Positions 57,827 to 64,000 of a stretch of 64,000 nt of DNA are shown here, piece after piece. Location of the stretch: assembly GCF_009914755.1 (NCBI RefSeq), contig NC_060927.1, one strand, 5' to 3'. The DNA is from the human T2T-CHM13v2.0 reference genome, Homo sapiens. The notes under the pieces are model-generated. The model did no database searches, was not told where the DNA came from, and worked only from the letters and a program-made list of their open reading frames with translations. How positions within the stretch are numbered: the first letter of the stretch is position 1; each line of letters opens with the position of its first letter. Both the position numbers and the translations under genes were made by a program.

Positions 57827-59075
57827 TACATTTATTGAGGTAAAATTTACATAGCATGAAATTCATCTATTTAGATGTACAGTTTGATGAGTTTTGAATA
57901 CATTTATATAGTTATACAACCATCACCTCTACATAGTTTTAGAACACTCCTATCAATCCAAACTGTTACCTCATGCCCTTTGCAGTTAATCCCCACTCCC
58001 CACACCAGGCAGCAACTGATTTGCTTTCCATCTCTGTAGTTTTGCCCTTTCTAAAAATTGAATCATACACTATAGATTCTTTTGTGTCTGGATTCTTTCA
58101 CTTCACTTAATACTTTTGAAGCATATCCAGGTTATTTCAGGTATGGGCTGTTCATTCCTTTACAATGTTGAGTAGTATTCCCTTGTATAAATATACTAAT
58201 TATTGCTTACCCATTTACCAATTGATAGATACCTAGATTGCTTCTATAATAGCTTGGGACCATTACAAACAACATTGCTATAAATGTAGACATACATTTC
58301 ATTTCTCTACAAGTTTTCATTTCAAGACCTTGAAGTGGAATTGCTAAGTCTTATGGTAAGTACATGTTTAACCTTTTCAAAAAGTGCCAAATTGTTTTCC
58401 AAAGTAGCTGTACCATTCACATTCCTAATAGCTTTATTTAAAGGTTACAGTTTCTCCATATCTTCACCAGCACTTCTTATTGCCTTTTTTACTTTAGCCA
58501 TCCTAGTGGGTATAAATTGGTATTTCAATGTGGTATATAATAATATTTCATACTATTCCTCTCCTTTAAATTTGCATTTTCCTGGTGATGATAAGCATTT
58601 TTCATGTGATTATTTGCCATTAATGTATATGCTTTGGTTTGTTTTCTTATTACCGACATAAGAATTCTTTATATATTCTTGATATTAAATGCTTTATCAG
58701 ATATGATTTGCAAATATCTCATCCCATTCTGTGGTTTGTCTTTTTATTTTCTTAATAGTGTCCTTAAATAACTCACGTTTTAAAATGTTATGAAGTTCAA
58801 TTTATCAGTGTTTTTTTCTTTTAGGAAATCTTGATTTTGGTGTTATATCTAAGAAATATTTGACTAATATAAAGTCATAAAACCTTTCCTGTATGTTTTC
58901 ATCTAGAAGTTTTATAGTTTTAAAGCTTATATTTTGGTCTGTAATCCATTCCAAGTTAACTTTGTATACAGTACAGGCTAATTTTTGGATAAAGACATGC
59001 AATTGTTCCACCTCACCTTCTTTGGAAAAACAATTTGTTCATAGTTTATAACCCTTTTTATATGTTGCTGGATTC
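57827..59075 (-). mobile_element. L1MD/ME1-type insertion nested in the L1ME
   Basis: A new reverse 3' end at tttattgaggtaaaatttacatag; bounded by a 23-bp direct repeat attttaa(g/a)tggta(a/t)ctttttaaa at 57804-57826 and 59076-59098. Confidence 0.75.
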
Positions 59076-60539
59076 ATTTTAAATGGTATCTTTTTAAAAT
59101 TTCATTTTGTAATTCTTTGTTCTGGTACGTAGAAATACAATTGATGTTTTATACTGACTTTGTATCTAGCATCCTTGCTAAATTCATTTGTTAAATTTAC
59201 ATAATTATATGTTCTGCAAATAAAAGAATTTTATTGTTTCCTTTCAAATGCTCATATCTTTTTTTTCTGTCTCTCTACATTCACCAGGACTTCCAGTACA
59301 ATGCTGAACAGCAGTGGTGAGAACAGTCACCCTTTTCTCAGACCTAATCTTAGGGCAAGGCTCTCAATGTTTCACTTAAGTATGATATTTGCTGTAGTTT
59401 TTAAAAAATATATAGAGAGTCTTTATTAAGGATGTTTACTTATAGTCCTAGTTTGTTAAAAGTTCTTATCAGGATTAGATGTTGAATTTTATCATATGGC
59501 TTTTCTCCTTTTCTGTTATTACATCATTTGATTTTTGAACATTACCTTACCACTCATATCTATAATAAATACAACTTTGTCATGACATATATTGTTTTTC
59601 TATATTGTTCAGTCTGCTATTGCTTTGTTTAGGATTTTTGCATTCTTGAGACCTCCAAAATCTCTTCCCCATCTCTTTAGCTGCTGCTTTCTATTGGACT
59701 TTTAAGCTTTTCAGGTCTTTGTCATTTACAAATCAACAAATGCTTCAAAAAGAAAAAGAATGAGAATGTTGAAGTCACTTCAATGCACCTCCTCCCTCCA
59801 GGGTTCTGACCCCTCAAGTCCTGGATGCCTTGGTAGCCCTTCAATACCTTCAAACAAATATCTTCTCTTTATTTTGGCTGGCTTTTCTAGTTATTCTCTT
59901 GGTGGATTATTAGCTACCCTATGATTACCAGAAGCAGAAATTCATCCTATAACTAAATAAAGTCATCATATAAACTAAATCATATTATTCTTCCTCCTTG
60001 AATTTGCTAATGTGCTGATAAAAACTCCATATTCTGTACTATGTCCTATAAGATTCTAGTGATACAGACATAGCCTTTCCCTCCATCATCTCCTACCACT
60101 CACTCCCTTGTTCACTCCTCTCCCACCATATGTATCTACTTTCTGTTCTTCTAATCCCATTGGGTTAATTCCCAAATCAGTGCTTTTGCATTTGTTCTTC
60201 CCTCTCCCTGGAACACCCTGTCCCTGATCTTCACATGCCTGCCTCACTTTTGTCAATCCATCTCAGTTTCAATGTCACCTCTTCAAAGAGGCCTTCTCAA
60301 GACAATTTATCTAATCTTGTGTCTCTCCTGCCTGATTCCCCACAAACAATATTCTATACATGAAAGAAATGATAATGAAATTAAGCCAACAGAAATAGAG
60401 TTTGAACTTTCCAAAAGCCACAATGTTATCTCTATCCCACTTCCACATCCAACATAAAGAGAACAACAAACTAAGAATATGTAACACCTTTGGGGACCAC
60501 TTTTGTATATTATTATACAGATCTTAAGAGTATATAATC

Positions 60540-60760
60540 TTTCTCTGGAGTGTGACAAACCTAAATCACCGCTACATCACTTTCCAGATGTATAACTTCC
60601 AGCAAGGTTCTCAGCCTCAACTTCCTAAACTATAAAATGGGGATAATGGTAGAATCCATTCGATAATATTGTTGTAATTATAAAATAAATGTTATTTTGT
60701 ATGCAAAGTGCTTAATACAGTGCTGAGTCATAAAAAGTGTTCCATAAACAAGAGCTATTG
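60540..60760 (+). mobile_element. MIR SINE
   Basis: gcctcaacttcctaaactataaaatggggataat...gtatgcaaagtgcttaatacagtgc. Confidence 0.75.
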
Positions 60761-62387
60761 TGATGACTGACAATGATGCTCATGATGATAATGATGACAA
60801 AAACAATAAGGCTCTGGAGCATCTGGTAAAATGCTAAGTAATTCAATCAAACACACACAGATGTACACACACACATACGCACAAAATTAAATGTTGTAAT
60901 TCATTTCCACCAAGTAGATACAGCCTTTATCACTTGCATTGGTAGATTTGGTAGAGACTTCATTTCTTTGATTTCTGTACTAGGTAAGTTTGGTGGCAAG
61001 AAATATAGGCCAGCCCTAGCAAGTCTATTCAAAAATAAGAAAAATGAAAAGAATACTACAGTATCTCACAAAATTGAAAGGAGAATGAAAACCCAAGCTT
61101 TGTGAAGAAGGAAATCAAGGTAGCTTCAGAGAACTGAGAGGCCGGATCTTAGAGACCTCCCTCTAGAGCACTGCTATTTGAATGACTAAAATACCATTAA
61201 TAACTACTTTTTGCTTTCAATTCAAAATTCAAAATTCTTAGAAGAGAGAATCTGATTGGCATAATCAGATACCTAGCCCTAGATCACTCATCTCTGCCCT
61301 CAAGTTAAAAAGTCAAACATTATGGTCTCAGCTGCTGGGAGCCCACCTCTGTGGATCAGGGGACACTGCCCAGAAAAGAGTTTTGTTTTAGAACTGGAAG
61401 GTCATCCCAAGAAATATTACTATAATAGAAGGGACTCTGTCTAAGATGGGCTCTCTCTAAAAGAAGTCATTTTGTTCTACTATTTGCCCATCCAGAATAG
61501 CAGTGACCAAGTTATGCACCATTAGCTGCTTGGGAGGGAGCTAATTACAAATTAAATATAATTGAATCAGTGAGTCTGCTTTCAAGTCCTCTAAATAGAA
61601 TAACAACATGCTACCTTGTACAGCCAATTTAGCAAATCGAAGCTGAATCCCTTGCTTTCTATGAAGATAAAGAGCCTTTGTGAAATTTTTAAAGTATAGA
61701 TGTAAACTTCAAAAAATTTTGCAGGGCAAGTCATCAAAATCTGGGAGAAAATATATTGGAAACTGTGCTCCAACAGGAGCCAATGAAGGAACCTTATGAG
61801 GGAGTATAAAATATTAATATTCACCAATGCCAAGAAAATTTTCATATTATGCAGGTATCCAAAATGGGACTACTATCTTTGATTTCACAATTCCTTTCTA
61901 CTTCTCTAACACGAATTTTTAGTGACCCAAAATGCTGGGAAAGAACTACAAAATACAGTGAATGCATTCTACTTGAACATTATCTTATGCTGTTGTACCT
62001 ACCAAAAAGACACCAAGAAAACTGCAAGTATGGCTGCGCTGGAAAAAACCAAAATAAGTAGTCATCTGTGAAGTACTGCAAGTGTGGGAAATGGTTGAGA
62101 GTCATGGACATTGGGGAATATCAACAAAAGAGGAAGAAAAAGAAGATTAGGATGGAGGTAGAAATGATTCCCATGGAATTACTGACATCAGTATATATTC
62201 CCTTAGCCTATTATTACATCAGTGTCTCCTACTGGGAATATTTACTGAACCAGTGGTACTCAGACTTTTTCTGAGCAGGGAAAAAAATTTATTCAACATT
62301 TGGAAAACTGGCATAGGGCATCCAAAGTGGGGTGAGAAGGCTCTTGTGTCAGACTACCAGGTCCATTCCCAGCTCAATATATACATA

Positions 62388-62728
62388 CTGTGGTAAGATA
62401 TCCGTAACGTAAAATTTACTATTTTAACCATTTTTAAGTGTACAGTTTTGTGGCATTAAGTACATTCACAATGTTGTGGAACAACTACCTGTATCTAGGT
62501 CTAAAACATTTCATCACCTCCAAGGGAAATCCTATACCCATTAAGCATACATTCCCCGATTCCTTCTTCCTCCAGTGCCTGGCAGCTACTCATCTGCTTT
62601 CAATCTCTATGGATTTGCCCATTCAGGCATTTCATATAAATGGAATCTTATAATAGGTGACCTTTTTTGTAATGGCTTATTGTACTTAGCATGTTTTTAA
62701 TGCTCATCCATGTTGTAGCATGTATACT
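62388..62728 (-). mobile_element. L1MB-type 3' end
   Basis: aaaatttactattttaaccatttttaagtgtacag...tctctatggatttgcccattc...catccatgttgtagcatgt. Confidence 0.85.
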
Positions 62729-62859
62729 TCAGTAAAAAAAAATTGAATACAATTGTAAATATTTGTTTGAAACACATAAAAGAAATAGTTAAAGGGATTG
62801 AGCCTATTTACAGAAGACTTGAACTCTGGGGCAAGGAGAGATGAAAAGGGGGACTAGGA

Positions 62860-63130
62860 TAGCAGTTGTCATTTCAAAGACTCATTGTGTGTAAAGAGAC
62901 TAAGTTTTATTCTATTCAGCCCCAAATTATCCCCCCATAACCAAAGAGTAGAAACTATAAGAAGAGAGATTTCAATTTGACATAAGAAAAATCTTTCAAC
63001 AGTGTTATCCAAAGACAGAATAGACTGTTTTTATAAATAATGAGTTCCACTTATCTGTAGGTATTCAAGTATAAATGGAATATTCCCTTCGCAGAAATCT
63101 TTAGAGAAGCAAGCATCAGATAAGATTGAT
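62860..63130 (+). mobile_element. L3/CR1 LINE fragment, followed by a Charlie-like element at ~63137-63430
   Basis: gagagatttcaatttgacataagaaaaatcttt...tgagttccacttatctgtaggtattcaag typical of the L3 3' region. Confidence 0.55.
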
Positions 63131-64000
63131 CTGAATCAGTGGTTCCTAAAAGCCAATCAACAAGCGCATGCCAATACATGATGAAGTTTTCATTCACTCG
63201 TGGTGAAATGCCAAAATCAAAGAGGTTTTTATAAAGCTAAATATATATTTAATTATTTTAATTCCAAGATTATGCCTTTCATCCTTTTAGTATCAAAATA
63301 GCCCCCCAAAATAGTGAATGATAGTTTTCTTCATTCATGCCCTTTTTTGGGGCAAAACTTCAAGGTGACAAAGTAAAGTCAGCCCTTTGTTTTAGGGGGG
63401 AAATTGTACCAGTCTCAAAGTGTGAGAATCATTTGAATAGGTGATTCTTAAGACATTTTCAAAATTCCAAGAACCCATGTTTATGACCAAGGATTGTTAT
63501 GAAAGTTGCTTTTGTTGTTCATTTTATCCATATTTCAACTGTGTATGCAAGGAGTGGAGCACCTCCCAAGAGGATTTTCCCCAAGGCTTCTGCCTTTGTA
63601 GGGATGGTCTGAAATGATATAGAATTTGAACGGATTTCTAGTCTCACAGGGATTTATATTACATGAAAAAAGAGAGAGCTTTGCTTTAGAGATGTTTATC
63701 CAAATTCACCACGGAGTCAATGGGCCAAATTCCAAATGCCATGGGCCTCCCAGTGGGTGTCAATTTTACTGGGCGGCTGTGTTTGGGAGAAAAAGTACAT
63801 ATGCATGTGTGGCTGTGAATGTGTGTGTGTAGAGATAAAGAGAGAAGGATATGAACAAATAGATAGAGGCATCAACAATCACAAGAGGGAAAGGGATGAT
63901 ATATGTTTAGAATTATATCTAAGGACTGTCTAAAGATAAACAAAAATAACGTTTTTCCCCTTTTTTGTCACCCTTGTTAAAATCAATAGGAAAAATTTGA

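Overview
Primate, most likely human, AT-rich intronic or intergenic DNA. I recognise no host protein-coding exon and see no CpG island. Roughly half of the window is interspersed repeats. The centrepiece is a full-length but inactivated L1PA5/L1PA6-type LINE-1 (16126-22290, +). Its ORF1 and ORF2 are disrupted, but its 5'UTR keeps the YY1 site, the ~129-bp ZNF93-target segment and a still-open antisense ORF0 carrying an in-frame 7-aa duplication. Also present: 11 Alus, a BC200 (BCYRN1) retropseudogene with a perfect 16-bp TSD, a tailless 3'-truncated 5S rRNA retropseudogene, several MaLR/ERVL/ERV1 solo LTRs, hAT and Tigger DNA-transposon fossils, and MIR/L2/L3 relics. The least expected signal is a cluster of locally templated rearrangement scars between 22.3 and 34.8 kb: a near-perfect 37-bp-stem fold-back hairpin, a direct templated insertion copied from 740 bp away, an inverted templated insertion copied from a neighbouring LTR end ~1 kb away, and an AT-rich patchwork duplication. 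Nearly all ORFs in the supplied track are repeat-derived or chance. Repeat subfamily names come from recalled consensus sequences, and boundaries of old repeats are approximate. I found no convincing new multi-gene biological system.
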